Of a stretch of 64,000 bases of DNA, positions 50,509 to 60,854 are shown piece after piece. The number at the start of each line of letters is the position of its first letter. Within the stretch, counting starts at the first letter, position 1. Below the pieces are notes generated by a model. The model was not told the origin of the DNA. It searched no databases and saw only the letters and a list, made by a program, of their open reading frames with translations. Source of the stretch: Flavobacteriales bacterium (GTDB taxonomy: Bacteria > Bacteroidota > Bacteroidia > Palsa-965); NCBI GenBank assembly GCA_040377305.1, contig JBEIPA010000005.1, positions 128,001 through 192,000 of the forward strand, in the 5' to 3' direction. The position numbers and the translations under genes were made by a program.

Positions 50509-52626
50509 ATGCTGAGAATTCTAATTCCATTGTTGCTTGCATCCACGGCATTTGCACAAGCACCGTCATCTCTCCACATTCAACTGGATCAAATCGGTTA
50601 TCGTCCGAACGACCGAAAAGTTGCTGTAATTTCTGATCCGCAAGTTGGATACAACGCCAGCCTGTCTTATACGCCTTCTGGTACGATGGAAGTTATTGAC
50701 ATGATGAGCAACGTCGTATTTACCGGACCTGTTGTTGCGTGGAATGGAGGCGCAACGCATTCACAATCGGGTGACAAATGTTGGTGGTTTGATTTTACGG
50801 CACTCACTACACCCGGAATGTATCGTTTGAAAGATCCGGTACTTGGAACGTTCTCACACAACTTTGAAATCAGAGCGGACATTTACAACGAGGCTTTGAT
50901 GCACGCACAACGTGTGTTTTACTATCAACGTTGTGGTACGGCGAAAACGGCAACTTGTGCCGGAGTAGCATATTCCGATTCTCCGTGTCACGTTGGAGCA
51001 TTGCAGGACATGACTTGTCGTGCGGTTTCAAATCCGGTGCAGGCAACAGAACGCGACATGAGCGGTGGCTGGCATGATGCGGGCGACTACAACAAGTACA
51101 CGAATTTCACTTATGTTCCGGTTCACTTTCTGTTAGATGCCTACGAACAAGCACCATCTGCATTCGGTGATGCGAATAATATTCCTGAAAGCGGGAACGG
51201 AACTCCCGACATTCTTGACGAAGTTAAATTCGAACTCGACTGGTTGCTGAAAATGCAAAACGCCGACGGATCAGCCATCATGAAAATTTCAACATTGGGT
51301 TTCAATGGAGGTTCTCCACCAAGTAGTGATGCTACACAACGTTATTACAGCGCTGCAGCTTCGTCAGCAACCAGAACGATTTGTAGTCAGTTCGCGCACG
51401 CTGCAATTGTATTTCGAAATCTAAGTGATCCCTTGATGCAGGATTATGGTGACACACTCCTTGTTCATGCAGAACTCGCATGGCAATGGTTGCAGGCGAA
51501 TACTGCTTACTCGTATTACAACAACGAAACATTCTCGAGTGCAAATCCGGAAGTCGGAACTACTGAACAAGATGCGCGCAAGTTCGTTGCAGCGATTTAT
51601 CTCTATGCCGCAACTTCGAATACAACGTATCGTTCGTATGTGGATGCGAACTACACCAGCATTCAGCCATTCGCGTGGACGTACTGGTATCCGTTCGAAC
51701 CCGTTGTGCAGGATGCCATGTTGTACTACACAACGACAGCCGGTGCAACGATGGGGACAGTCAACGCAATACGTCAGAGTTGTATTAATTCCACAACGAG
51801 TAATAATCCTGATATGCTTCCTGCGTATACCGTTGAAACAGATGCGTACATGGCATACATGAAAAATCAGGATTACGTTTGGAACAACAACGAGTTCAAG
51901 TGTGAAGCCGGGATTATTTTCGCGAACATGAATCGATACGCACTGGACGCACCGAATCAAACAAACTATCGGAATGCCGCTGCAGGATATTTGCATTACA
52001 TACACGGCACCAATCCGAATGGATATTGTTATTTGTCCAGCAGCGATACATGCGGTGCGGATAGATTCGTCAATCAGATTTATCACGGTTGGTTCGGAGA
52101 TGGTACCATTTACGATGGAACGGCTCTTGGTCCACCGGCGTGTTATCTGACTTGCGGCGCGAACTACTTCTACAATCCCGATGCAGCATACACCGGTCCG
52201 GCAATTGAGCCACCGATGAATCAGCCGCATCAGAAGTGTTACAAAAACTGGAACACCTCGTGGCCGGAAAATTCCTGGGAAGTAACTGAAGTAGGAATTT
52301 ACACCGAAGCGGCTTACGTCAAGTTGTTGTCGATGTATGCAGATACGTTTACGATCATTACTTCAACAACTCCGGCTCCAGTTCCTACAGGCTGGTCGAT
52401 ATTCCCAAATCCGGCAACTGATCAATTGTACATTAGTGGTTCAATTAATGATGTAGTAGAATTCGTTATGGTTGATCTTGCCGGGAAAACAGTTTTGACA
52501 CAAACTATTTATCCGGGTAATGGAAGTGTTTCGATTGCAACTTTACCGGCTGGTGTTTATCTTGGAATGGTAAGGAAGAGTGGTGAGGTAATTCACACGG
52601 AGAAAATATCAGTGATCAAAAATTAA
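50509..52626 (+). CDS. Glycoside hydrolase family 9 with N-terminal Ig-like domain and T9SS CTD
   Basis: QIGY, FYYQRCG, GGWHDAGDYNK, PDILDE, SWEVTEVGI, and CTD IFPNPA. Confidence 0.9.
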   Translation: MLRILIPLLLASTAFAQAPSSLHIQLDQIGYRPNDRKVAVISDPQVGYNASLSYTPSGTMEVIDMMSNVVFTGPVVAWNGGATHSQSGDKCWWFDFTALTTPGMYRLKDPVLGTFSHNFEIRADIYNEALMHAQRVFYYQRCGTAKTATCAGVAYSDSPCHVGALQDMTCRAVSNPVQATERDMSGGWHDAGDYNKYTNFTYVPVHFLLDAYEQAPSAFGDANNIPESGNGTPDILDEVKFELDWLLKMQNADGSAIMKISTLGFNGGSPPSSDATQRYYSAAASSATRTICSQFAHAAIVFRNLSDPLMQDYGDTLLVHAELAWQWLQANTAYSYYNNETFSSANPEVGTTEQDARKFVAAIYLYAATSNTTYRSYVDANYTSIQPFAWTYWYPFEPVVQDAMLYYTTTAGATMGTVNAIRQSCINSTTSNNPDMLPAYTVETDAYMAYMKNQDYVWNNNEFKCEAGIIFANMNRYALDAPNQTNYRNAAAGYLHYIHGTNPNGYCYLSSSDTCGADRFVNQIYHGWFGDGTIYDGTALGPPACYLTCGANYFYNPDAAYTGPAIEPPMNQPHQKCYKNWNTSWPENSWEVTEVGIYTEAAYVKLLSMYADTFTIITSTTPAPVPTGWSIFPNPATDQLYISGSINDVVEFVMVDLAGKTVLTQTIYPGNGSVSIATLPAGVYLGMVRKSGEVIHTEKISVIKN

Positions 52627-52650
52627 TCTGCGAATTCGCGGCATACAACT

Positions 52651-53226
52651 ATGAAAATCTATACCAAAACCGGCGATAAAGGACAAACCTCTCTCATAGG
52701 AGGAACGCGTGTTCCGAAACACCATATTCGTATTGAAGCGTACGGAACGATTGATGAGCTGAACTCCTGGATTGGCGTGATTCGCGATAGCATACCTGCA
52801 GAAAATATGCAAGCAGGCATTCCTTATCAGCACACGAAGATTATACTCATCGACATTCAGGATAAATTATTTACGATTGGATCTCACCTCGCGAGTGATC
52901 CGGAAAAAAGTAAAATGAAACTGCCGGATATTGCGGACGCAGCTGTTTCAATTCTCGAAAACGAAATGGATGCCATTGACAATTCAGTTCCAGCGATGAG
53001 AAATTTCATTTTGCCGGGAGGTAATCTCACCGTTTCATATTGTCACGTGGCGCGTTGTGTTTGCCGTCGTGCAGAACGTTGCATCATTCATCTCAGCGAA
53101 TCTGCTCCTGTTGATGAAGTGATCATTCGTTACGTGAACCGTCTCTCGGATTATCTTTTCATGCTCTCGAGAAAACTCACGCAGGATTTGGGTGCGGAAG
53201 AAATTCCCTGGTTGCCTCGTCAGTAG
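52651..53226 (+). CDS. Cob(I)alamin adenosyltransferase, PduO type
   Basis: MKIYTKTGDKG, AYGTIDELNS, RRAER, NRLSDYLF. Confidence 0.95.
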   Translation: MKIYTKTGDKGQTSLIGGTRVPKHHIRIEAYGTIDELNSWIGVIRDSIPAENMQAGIPYQHTKIILIDIQDKLFTIGSHLASDPEKSKMKLPDIADAAVSILENEMDAIDNSVPAMRNFILPGGNLTVSYCHVARCVCRRAERCIIHLSESAPVDEVIIRYVNRLSDYLFMLSRKLTQDLGAEEIPWLPRQ

Positions 53227-53484
53227 GCCGTAGTGCGGTGAATCAGTTGGCAGTAGCGCCGTAAATCAGTCGGCAGTCAAATTCTACGTGGGCGTCTCTG
53301 TGGAGCGATTCATGGAGTAAATTCTTCCCAAACGGACAATTCCCCAATCAAAGTCACGAGTCGGTTGGTGCGAACCCTGCACATTCCACCTCAATATTGT
53401 TGAAAACCTGCTTTCTATCTGATTTTCAGTCCATTTACTTTCCAAAAAATAATCCACCATGTGTGCAAGGCATTGAGATAGTAC

Positions 53485-53492
53485 TACTTTTG
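53485..53492 (+). promoter_or_regulatory. -7 promoter box upstream of the DUF2795 gene
   Basis: TACTTTTG. Confidence 0.6.
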
Positions 53493-53596
53493 CACGAAAA
53501 TTGACCTGTAATTACCAGTTGCAATAGGATTACCCCTCAGCGTAACAATTTTACAGAATCAGCGTTTAGAGTTACAACCCTTAAATAAATTGAATT

Positions 53597-53818
53597 ATGT
53601 ACTGGACACTTGAACTTGCCTCTTACCTTGAAGACGCACCTTGGCCTGCAACCAAGGAAGAATTGATCGATTATGCTATTCGATCAGGTGCCCCAATGGA
53701 AGTGATGGAAAACCTGCAGGAAATTGAAGACGAAGGCGAAGCTTACGAATCGATTGAAGAAATCTGGCCTGATTACCCAACGAAGGAAGACTTTTTCTTT
53801 AACGAAGACGAGTACTAG
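53597..53818 (+). CDS. DUF2795 domain protein
   Basis: MYWTLELASYLEDAPWPATK.ELIDY, the conserved Bacteroidota small protein found before secA. Confidence 0.92.
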   Translation: MYWTLELASYLEDAPWPATKEELIDYAIRSGAPMEVMENLQEIEDEGEAYESIEEIWPDYPTKEDFFFNEDEY

Positions 53819-53878
53819 ATCGCGGCGGCGCGGAGTAATCGGCGATGCAGCGTAGAATTTTTATCAGATCAAATAGTG

Positions 53879-53903
53879 AAGGAGTCCGCAGGGGCTCCTT
53901 TCT
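53879..53903 (+). terminator. Probable terminator
   Basis: AAGGAGTCC-gca-GGGGCTCCTT-TCT. Confidence 0.55.
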
Positions 53904-53928
53904 CATTCCTCGGTACGCCTGCAATATT

Positions 53929-54095
53929 TCACAAGGTGCTCCGCAGGTATTGCCGGCTACTCGGAATGACAAAGGATGCCCGGTGTCAGACCGCATTTAT
54001 CACAAGCTGCTCCGCAGTTATTTCCAGCTACTCGGAATGACAAAGGATGCCCGGGGTCAGACCGCATTTATATTTTCAGCTACTCAGAAGGACAA
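53929..54095. repeat. 71-bp tandem duplication plus a partial third unit
   Basis: 53929-53999 resembles 54000-54070, with core GCTACTCGGAATGACAAAGGATGCCCGG.GTCAGACCGCATTTA. Confidence 0.9.
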
Positions 54096-54128
54096 TCGAC
54101 AGCCAAACTGCCCGCATTCGGGGCACAT

Positions 54129-54643
54129 TGTCAGATTGAGCGTAGCCGAAGGGTGACAGGATGACCAATTAGCGTATAATTTCCCTTGAGGAACGACTTT
54201 TGATCCGTAATTTCACGGTCCCAATACAATGACACCAAAAGAGCATAGAAAATCGCTGCCATTCCTCGTAACACTCGCGGGATGTGTACTTATGCTCGCT
54301 TGGGTAGATCCGGCTCATGCGTCTGAAGTAACGCGACAACTTTCCCAGAAAGGCTTCGCGATTTCTCAGTTGCGCAAATCAGAAGTTGCGATTGTCAAGA
54401 ATGCGCACGCCGATCTCAAAGTATTCTTCAAGGCGTTCAACGCAACGCAGAGCGGTGAACATGTTGCATCGGGATTCATCAAAAGCAATTACTCTTCAGA
54501 ATATAAAATTGTATTTCCACATTTCGTAAAATCATCACTCAAAGGCTACATCCTTACTTGGATGAAGCGTGAGTGAGAAGTTTGGAGCGACCTGCCATCG
54601 TTCGGCTACGCCTTATCATCCTTCGGCTACGCTCAGTATGACA
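54129..54643. repeat. 24-bp inverted repeat pair (TGTCA...GAGCGTAGCCGAAGG) bracketing an ORF
   Basis: 54129-54152 matches the reverse complement of 54620-54643 at 22/24. Confidence 0.8.
54229..54576 (+). CDS. Hypothetical exported protein upstream of secA
   Basis: 115 aa with a basic N-terminus, a hydrophobic stretch, LAGC and an AHA|S candidate cleavage site. Confidence 0.55.
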   Translation: MTPKEHRKSLPFLVTLAGCVLMLAWVDPAHASEVTRQLSQKGFAISQLRKSEVAIVKNAHADLKVFFKAFNATQSGEHVASGFIKSNYSSEYKIVFPHFVKSSLKGYILTWMKRE

Positions 54644-54737
54644 AGGCTCTTCCTCCTGCGGCCACCAGCCGTCTTCCTACCAATTTCATTTTTTGCAGTA
54701 ACGGGAAGGTCTGCGTTCAACTTTCAATTCTATTACC

Positions 54738-57700
54738 ATGTTTGATTTTATTTCCAAAGGAATCACCAAGCTTATGGGCGGTTCCAAATCGGAGCGCGAC
54801 GTAAAAGAAATTCAACCTTACGTTGACGAAATTCTCCGCATATATCCAACACTAAAAAGTATCTCGAACGATGAGCTCCGCAATAAAACCGTGGAGTTCC
54901 GTAAACAGATTAACGATGCCATCAAAGACGAGCAGGCAGAAATTAACAAGCTCAAAGCACAAGCAGAAAATCCGGAAACGGATGTAGAAGAACAGGAAAG
55001 CCTCTTCAATAAGGCCGACACCCTCGAAAAAGAGATGGTGAAGAAAATTGAAGAAGTGCTTCTTGAAATTCTTCCTGAAGCGTTTGCTGTAGTGAAAGAA
55101 ACTGCTCGCCGTTTTACGGAGAACAAAGAAATCGTTGTAACGGCAACGCAACATGATCGTGATCTGGCTGTCCGTAAACCAAACGTTGTTATTGACGGCG
55201 ACAAAGCGATCTGGAAAAACACCTGGATGGCCGCTGGAATCGAAGTAACCTGGAACATGATTCACTACGATGTGCAGTTGATCGGTGGTATTGTTCTTCA
55301 TCAGGGGAAAATTTCCGAGATGGCAACAGGTGAAGGTAAAACCCTCGTTGCAACACTTCCGGTTTACCTCAACGCACTACCTGCGCGTGGTGTGCATCTG
55401 GTAACTGTGAACAACTACCTCGCACGTCGTGACTGTGAGTGGAACGGTCCTTTGTTCGAATTCCTCGGTCTGACTGTTGATTGTATTGACTTGCACGAAC
55501 CGAATGGCGCTGAACGTCGCAAAGCATACCAGGCCGATATTACTTACGGAACGAACAACGAATACGGTTTCGATTATCTGCGTGATAACATGTCGCGTGA
55601 ACCGGATGAACTCGTACAGCGCAAACACCATTACGCAATTGTGGATGAGGTCGATTCAGTACTCATTGACGATGCACGTACTCCGCTCATCATTGCTGGT
55701 CCTACTCCGAAAGGAAATAACCACATGTTCAATGAGCTGAAACCGAAAATCGAGAAGTTGGTGAATGCGCAGCGTAGCTTCATCAACACGATTCTTGCTG
55801 ATGCGAAGAAAGGTTTCGCCGCCATGGGAACCGATAAGGAGAAAGAGAAAGAAGTGGGCATGTTGATTCTCCGTTGTCACCGCGGCCTTCCAAAGAACAA
55901 AGCATTTATCAAATTCCTTTCTGAGCAAGGCGTTCGTCAGTTGTTACAGAAGACAGAGAACTTCTATATCGCCGATCAGTCGAAGGAAATGCACAAAGTT
56001 GATGAAGCACTATTCTTCGTGATCGATGAGAAACACAACTCGATTGAGCTCACAGAAAAAGGTGTTGATCTGATTTCAACTTCTGCTGAAGATCACAACT
56101 TCTTCATTCTACCCGATCTCGGTGTAGAGATGAATGATCTCGAGAAAAAATATACTGAAGAGAAAGAACGTCTCGAGAAGAAAGACGAACTCATCCGCGA
56201 TTACAACGTGAAGTCGGAACGTGTACACTCCATGCAGCAATTGCTGAAAGCGTACTGTTTGTTCGACAAAGACACGGAGTACATTGTTGCGGATGGAAAA
56301 GTAAAAATCGTTGACGAACAAACCGGTCGTGTACTCGATGGTCGTCGTTACTCTGACGGATTGCACCAGGCGATTGAAGCGAAAGAGAATGTGAAGATTG
56401 AAGCAGCGACACAGACGTACGCTACTGTTACTTTGCAGAACTACTTCCGTATGTACCACAAACTTGCGGGTATGACGGGAACTGCGGAAACAGAAGCGCA
56501 GGAGTTCTGGACCATCTACAAGCTCGACGTTGTTACGATTCCTACCAACCGCAATATCACGCGTAAGGATATGGAAGATCTCGTGTACAAGACTACACGT
56601 GAGAAATACAACGCGGTTATTGAAGAATGCGTGAAGTGCGTAAAAGAAGGACGACCAGTACTTGTGGGTACAACTTCGGTTGAGATTTCAGAGTTGTTGA
56701 GTCGTATGCTTAAGCTTCGTAACATTAAGCACAACGTACTCAACGCGAAATTGCACCAGAAAGAAGCGGACATTGTCCTCGAAGCTGGTCAGGCAGGAAC
56801 AGTAACGATCGCTACGAACATGGCTGGTCGTGGTACAGATATTAAACTCGGACCTGGCGTGAAAGAAGCCGGTGGTCTTGCGATCATTGGTACAGAACGT
56901 CACGAGTCGCGTCGTGTTGACCGCCAGTTGCGTGGTCGTGCAGGTCGACAGGGTGATCCGGGATCATCACAGTTCTTCGTTTCATTGGAAGACAATTTGA
57001 TGCGTCTCTTCGGTTCAGATCGTATTGCGCGATTGATGGACAGAATGGGCCTGGAAGAAGGCGAAGTGATTCAGCACAGCATGATCACGAAATCCATCGA
57101 GCGTGCGCAACGTAAAGTAGAAGAGAACCACTTCGGTACACGTAAGCGGTTGATCGAGTATGATGACGTGATGAACGCACAGCGTGAAGTTATTTACAAG
57201 CGTCGCCGCAATGCATTGTTCGGTGAACGTTTGCAGATCGACATCAGCAACATGATGCGTGATGTAACTGATAACGTTGTTGCAGAATATCTCGACACAC
57301 AGAATTACGTTCAGTTCGAACTTGATCTTCTCCGCAACTTCGGAATGGAAGCTCCATTGAAAGAAGAAGAAATGGGCGGGAAGAAAAAAGAGGAACTTCT
57401 TGACACGATCCTTGATTCGGTTCACGCACATTACAAGGAGAAGTCGGCACGCATGGCGGCGCAGGCATTCCCTGTGATTAAGAATGTGTACGAAACGCAA
57501 TCGGGAACTTTCATCAACATCACTACTCCGATCACAGATGGAATGCGCACGCTTCACGCGGTTGCGAATCTCCAGAAGTGTTACGAGTCGCAAGGAAAAG
57601 AACTTGTGACGGTGATGGAGAAAGGTGCAATTCTCGCGATGATCGACGACGCATGGAAAGAACACCTGCGTGAGATGGATGATCTGAAAACATCTGTACA

Positions 57701-58097
57701 GAACGCCGTTTACGAGCAGAAGGATCCGCTCTTGATTTACAAATTCGAATCATTCGATTTGTTCAAGCGCATGGTCGACGATACCAACAAGAATATGATA
57801 TCGTTCCTGTTCCGTGCGAATCTTCCTAGCGGAGATGCAAACGTACAGAACGCACAACAAGTTCGTCGTCCGGCACCACAACCCAAATTACAAACGCAGC
57901 GTGAAGAAGTTGGAAGTGGCCCTCAAGCACCGCCGCAACAACAGCAGCAGCAAGGCGGACCTCGTCCGGGAAGTGGAATGCCACAGCAGGCACCGCAGCC
58001 GATACAGCAAGTTGTGAGAGAAAGTCCGAAGGTGGGCAGGAATGATTTGTGTCCTTGCGGATCGGGGAAGAAGTATAAATCTTGTCACGGTAAGTAG
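54738..58097 (+). CDS. secA: Preprotein translocase subunit SecA
   Basis: [41 protein letters not shown], and SEC-C motif [13 protein letters not shown]. Confidence 0.99.
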   Translation: MFDFISKGITKLMGGSKSERDVKEIQPYVDEILRIYPTLKSISNDELRNKTVEFRKQINDAIKDEQAEINKLKAQAENPETDVEEQESLFNKADTLEKEMVKKIEEVLLEILPEAFAVVKETARRFTENKEIVVTATQHDRDLAVRKPNVVIDGDKAIWKNTWMAAGIEVTWNMIHYDVQLIGGIVLHQGKISEMATGEGKTLVATLPVYLNALPARGVHLVTVNNYLARRDCEWNGPLFEFLGLTVDCIDLHEPNGAERRKAYQADITYGTNNEYGFDYLRDNMSREPDELVQRKHHYAIVDEVDSVLIDDARTPLIIAGPTPKGNNHMFNELKPKIEKLVNAQRSFINTILADAKKGFAAMGTDKEKEKEVGMLILRCHRGLPKNKAFIKFLSEQGVRQLLQKTENFYIADQSKEMHKVDEALFFVIDEKHNSIELTEKGVDLISTSAEDHNFFILPDLGVEMNDLEKKYTEEKERLEKKDELIRDYNVKSERVHSMQQLLKAYCLFDKDTEYIVADGKVKIVDEQTGRVLDGRRYSDGLHQAIEAKENVKIEAATQTYATVTLQNYFRMYHKLAGMTGTAETEAQEFWTIYKLDVVTIPTNRNITRKDMEDLVYKTTREKYNAVIEECVKCVKEGRPVLVGTTSVEISELLSRMLKLRNIKHNVLNAKLHQKEADIVLEAGQAGTVTIATNMAGRGTDIKLGPGVKEAGGLAIIGTERHESRRVDRQLRGRAGRQGDPGSSQFFVSLEDNLMRLFGSDRIARLMDRMGLEEGEVIQHSMITKSIERAQRKVEENHFGTRKRLIEYDDVMNAQREVIYKRRRNALFGERLQIDISNMMRDVTDNVVAEYLDTQNYVQFELDLLRNFGMEAPLKEEEMGGKKKEELLDTILDSVHAHYKEKSARMAAQAFPVIKNVYETQSGTFINITTPITDGMRTLHAVANLQKCYESQGKELVTVMEKGAILAMIDDAWKEHLREMDDLKTSVQNAVYEQKDPLLIYKFESFDLFKRMVDDTNKNMISFLFRANLPSGDANVQNAQQVRRPAPQPKLQTQREEVGSGPQAPPQQQQQQGGPRPGSGMPQQAPQPIQQVVRESPKVGRNDLCPCGSGKKYKSCHGK

Positions 58098-58199
58098 TCG
58101 CCTGCCGCGGGCTTTACACGGCGACACGGCGTAACGGCGAAAGTTGTTTGTGTTGAAGTGCTAAACCCAGCCGGCGGTCACGGCGAAAAGTAAAAACAG

Positions 58200-58231
58200 G
58201 AGCGTTCTCGAAAGAGGGCGCTCTTTGTTTT
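58200..58231 (+). terminator. Intrinsic terminator after secA
   Basis: GAGCGTTCTC-GAAA-GAGGGCGCTC-TTTGTTTT. Confidence 0.75.
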
Positions 58232-58245
58232 ATATTAGATGCTCA

Positions 58246-58833
58246 ATGAATCGACTCGCGCTTGCACACCTCTTCTTTGCGATAATTTTCGTTCACTGTC
58301 ACGAAGATCATCACGTTAAGCTGGAGAAGAATGGAGCGGCGGACGTGAGTTACGTTTATCAATTTGGCGGCAAGGACACTACTTCTGGTCAGTCATTAGA
58401 CACTGCGGGTATGTCCGTCTATATTGACACGCTTGTATTTTTAACAGATTCGTTTTATAGAAGTCCGCTGATCAGTAATTTCCAACGTAATATCACTGCT
58501 ACTGGCTTTGAATTGAAATACAGAATCAGTGATATCAATTACCTTGGCGAATTTCTTACACCAAGCAAAGGTACTCCGTTAACATTCAAACGGACGAGAC
58601 ATTCTTTAACAATTGATGCGGGTACAGGAAATGCGGATCCCGAGGATGATATTGGCGGTTACACCAATCTGATTACGTTTAAACTCACAATTGAGTTCCC
58701 GCGGAAAATAAGAAGTGTCGATAACTCAAGCGGTTTGCCGTTTACATTTTCTGCAAACAAATTCACTATGGAATCAAATGTAGGTGCGGTGAATTATTCG
58801 GGGAAGAGGAATTTGGTGGTGGTGAAGTATTGA
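58246..58833 (+). CDS. Hypothetical lipoprotein
   Basis: Hydrophobic leader ending FVHC, followed by a beta-rich body. Confidence 0.65.
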   Translation: MNRLALAHLFFAIIFVHCHEDHHVKLEKNGAADVSYVYQFGGKDTTSGQSLDTAGMSVYIDTLVFLTDSFYRSPLISNFQRNITATGFELKYRISDINYLGEFLTPSKGTPLTFKRTRHSLTIDAGTGNADPEDDIGGYTNLITFKLTIEFPRKIRSVDNSSGLPFTFSANKFTMESNVGAVNYSGKRNLVVVKY

Positions 58834-58908
58834 TGGTCGCGTAAAGGTTTTCACATACTCGATTCTGTTTTTCAATTTATCAAGGTTGCGTTTTGCCGTC
58901 CCTACGCG

Positions 58909-59446
58909 CGCCTCTCTAACTCTCCAAAGGAGAGAACCCGCGCGGGTCCGTCGTCACTAGTCTGCCACATATGGAATGTCGGGAAGGGAATCGAGCAGGT
59001 TCTTTATCTTACTCGTTACAGTTTGAAGATCATTTTCCACGTCAGCGTTCGTAAAGCGTAGAACCGTGAAGCCTTTTTGTTCAAGGTAAAATGTTCGTTC
59101 ATTGTCACTTTGGATTTGTTCTGAATCCAAGTGATAACCACCGTCAATTTCAATAATAACTCGTTTAATAACACAAGTGAAGTCAACAATGTAAATATCA
59201 ATAGGATGCTGCCTCCTTATTTTGTGTCCGAGCTTGCTAGCGCGAACTGATTGCCACAATTTTCCTTCTGCTTCGGTTTGTAATTTCCGGTTCTCACGCG
59301 CACGATACTTCAGCACTCCCCATATTTCTTTGTTCCCGGTTTCATACGGCGGTCGCCCCTCAAATGCGACGAAGTCGCAAAGCCCCTCCGCACTATCCGC
59401 AGGATAGTAAAGCCCCTCTCCTTTGGAGAGGGGTTGGGGTGAGGCG
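58909..59446. mobile_element. Candidate REP-flanked DUF559 cassette
   Basis: The CGCCTC...CTCTCCAAAGGAGAG palindromic unit occurs at 58909-58934 (+) and 59411-59446 (-), with the two copies facing each other around the nuclease core. Confidence 0.5.
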
Positions 59447-59502
59447 TCAACCTCGTTTGCGCCACACCCCGTGCTCTTCACTTCGCTTTCTTTCATATCC
59501 AT
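58957..59502 (-). CDS. DUF559 (Vsr-like) endonuclease domain protein
   Basis: ARENRK.QTEAE.KLW, RRQHPI..YIVDF, IEIDGGYH, D.ERT..LE..GF.VLRF.N. Confidence 0.92.
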   Translation of the reverse strand: MDMKESEVKSTGCGANEVDASPQPLSKGEGLYYPADSAEGLCDFVAFEGRPPYETGNKEIWGVLKYRARENRKLQTEAEGKLWQSVRASKLGHKIRRQHPIDIYIVDFTCVIKRVIIEIDGGYHLDSEQIQSDNERTFYLEQKGFTVLRFTNADVENDLQTVTSKIKNLLDSLPDIPYVAD

Positions 59503-59618
59503 TTTTATTTCTCCCCGCAATAATACAACAGCCGTAACACACCAGTCGGTAACAAACGTTTGAAAACGAATAATGAGTCTCTTGTTTCTCTTATCTTAGT
59601 ATTCCTCACACCACCACC

Positions 59619-59978
59619 ATGGGCTCAACTGCAACTAACGAACGCGTTTCCAAAATGCCCTTCGCGAGTGTGTATCCGCACTACGTAACCAAAGTGGAGA
59701 AGAAAGGTCGCACGAAAGAGGAATTGCACAAAGTCATTCAATGGCTCACCGGTTACGATGAGAAAGCATTGAAGGAAATCATCACAAAGAAAATTGATTT
59801 CGAAACTTTCTTCAAGAAGGCAAAGCTGAACAAGAATGCTTCGCTCATCACCGGAGTTATTTGCGGTTACCGCGTGGAAGAAATTGAAGATCCTTTTATG
59901 CAGAAGGTTCGCTATCTCGACAAGATTGTTGATGAGTTGGCGAAGGGGAAAGCGATGGAGAAGATACTTCGTAAATGA
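59619..59978 (+). CDS. DUF2200 domain protein
   Basis: [42 protein letters not shown]. Confidence 0.9.
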   Translation: MGSTATNERVSKMPFASVYPHYVTKVEKKGRTKEELHKVIQWLTGYDEKALKEIITKKIDFETFFKKAKLNKNASLITGVICGYRVEEIEDPFMQKVRYLDKIVDELAKGKAMEKILRK

Positions 59979-60006
59979 TGGAATGATCTAATGATTGAAT
60001 GATAGG

Positions 60007-60405
60007 ATGAGCGAAACACAATTCTACCACGGCACAAAAGCCAATCTAAATCCCGGAGATACGATTGCTCCCGGGTACATCACGAATTTCGGGAGCGGAA
60101 AAAAATCAAATCACGTTTACTTCACTGCAACGCTCGATGCGGCCACATGGGGTGCTGAACTTGCACAAGGAGATGGTCGCGGAAGAATATATATTGTGGA
60201 GCCAACGGGCGCGTTTGAAGATGATCCGAATCTGACCGACAAAAAGTTTCCGGGAAATCCCACGAAGTCGTACAGAACGAAAGATGCCCTGCGTGTGATC
60301 GGAGAAGTTGAAGAATGGAAAGGACATTCTGAAGAGCAACTGAAGACGATGAAAGATAATCTGGAGCGGCTGAAGCAACAGGGAATTGAGGCAATTGATG
60401 ATTAA
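60007..60405 (+). CDS. arr: NAD(+)-rifampin ADP-ribosyltransferase
   Basis: FYHGTKA, VYFTATLDAA.WGAELA, YIVEPTG.FEDDPNLTDKKFPGNPTKSYR. Confidence 0.93.
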   Translation: MSETQFYHGTKANLNPGDTIAPGYITNFGSGKKSNHVYFTATLDAATWGAELAQGDGRGRIYIVEPTGAFEDDPNLTDKKFPGNPTKSYRTKDALRVIGEVEEWKGHSEEQLKTMKDNLERLKQQGIEAIDD

Positions 60406-60429
60406 TGAATTCGACAATCCATTTGATTC

Positions 60430-60846
60430 ATGCAGAGTGTTTTCACTGATAAAATCCACAAACCGTCAAACAAAGACTTAGAGCACGCACTTGGTAAAAC
60501 ATCTGCGTTGTGGAGTCACATTGTGCAGTTCACGGAAGGAGAGTATCCCGGAGCTGTATCAGAGTGGAATTATCCCGGAGCGAAATACGGATGGAGCTTT
60601 CGGATTAAAGACAAAAAAAGAGTGATCATTTATCTGTTGCCCCGTGCTGGCTTTTTCAAATGCGCTTTGGTATTTGGCGATAAAGCTCTTGCGTTAATCT
60701 TTGCCGGTGATATTTCGGAAGCTATAAAAGACGAACTACGTAGTGCGAAAAAATATGCGGAAGGAACCGGCGTGCGAATTGACGTAAGAAAGAAATCGGA
60801 CCTCAAGGATATTCTTAAATTGATCCAGATCAAACTTTCTGTATAA
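60430..60846 (+). CDS. DUF3788 domain protein
   Basis: EWNYPGAKYGWSFR.K.KKR, KYAEGTGVR, LIQIKL. Confidence 0.8.
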   Translation: MQSVFTDKIHKPSNKDLEHALGKTSALWSHIVQFTEGEYPGAVSEWNYPGAKYGWSFRIKDKKRVIIYLLPRAGFFKCALVFGDKALALIFAGDISEAIKDELRSAKKYAEGTGVRIDVRKKSDLKDILKLIQIKLSV

Positions 60847-60854
60847 TACATCTG

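Noticed and set aside
53845-54164. ORFs with the repeated peptide PATRNDKGCP
   Set aside because: They are translations of the 71-bp DNA tandem duplication, with no sign of protein-level constraint.
57841-58020. Gln/Pro-rich low-complexity stretch in secA
   Set aside because: This is the normal variable linker before the SEC-C motif.
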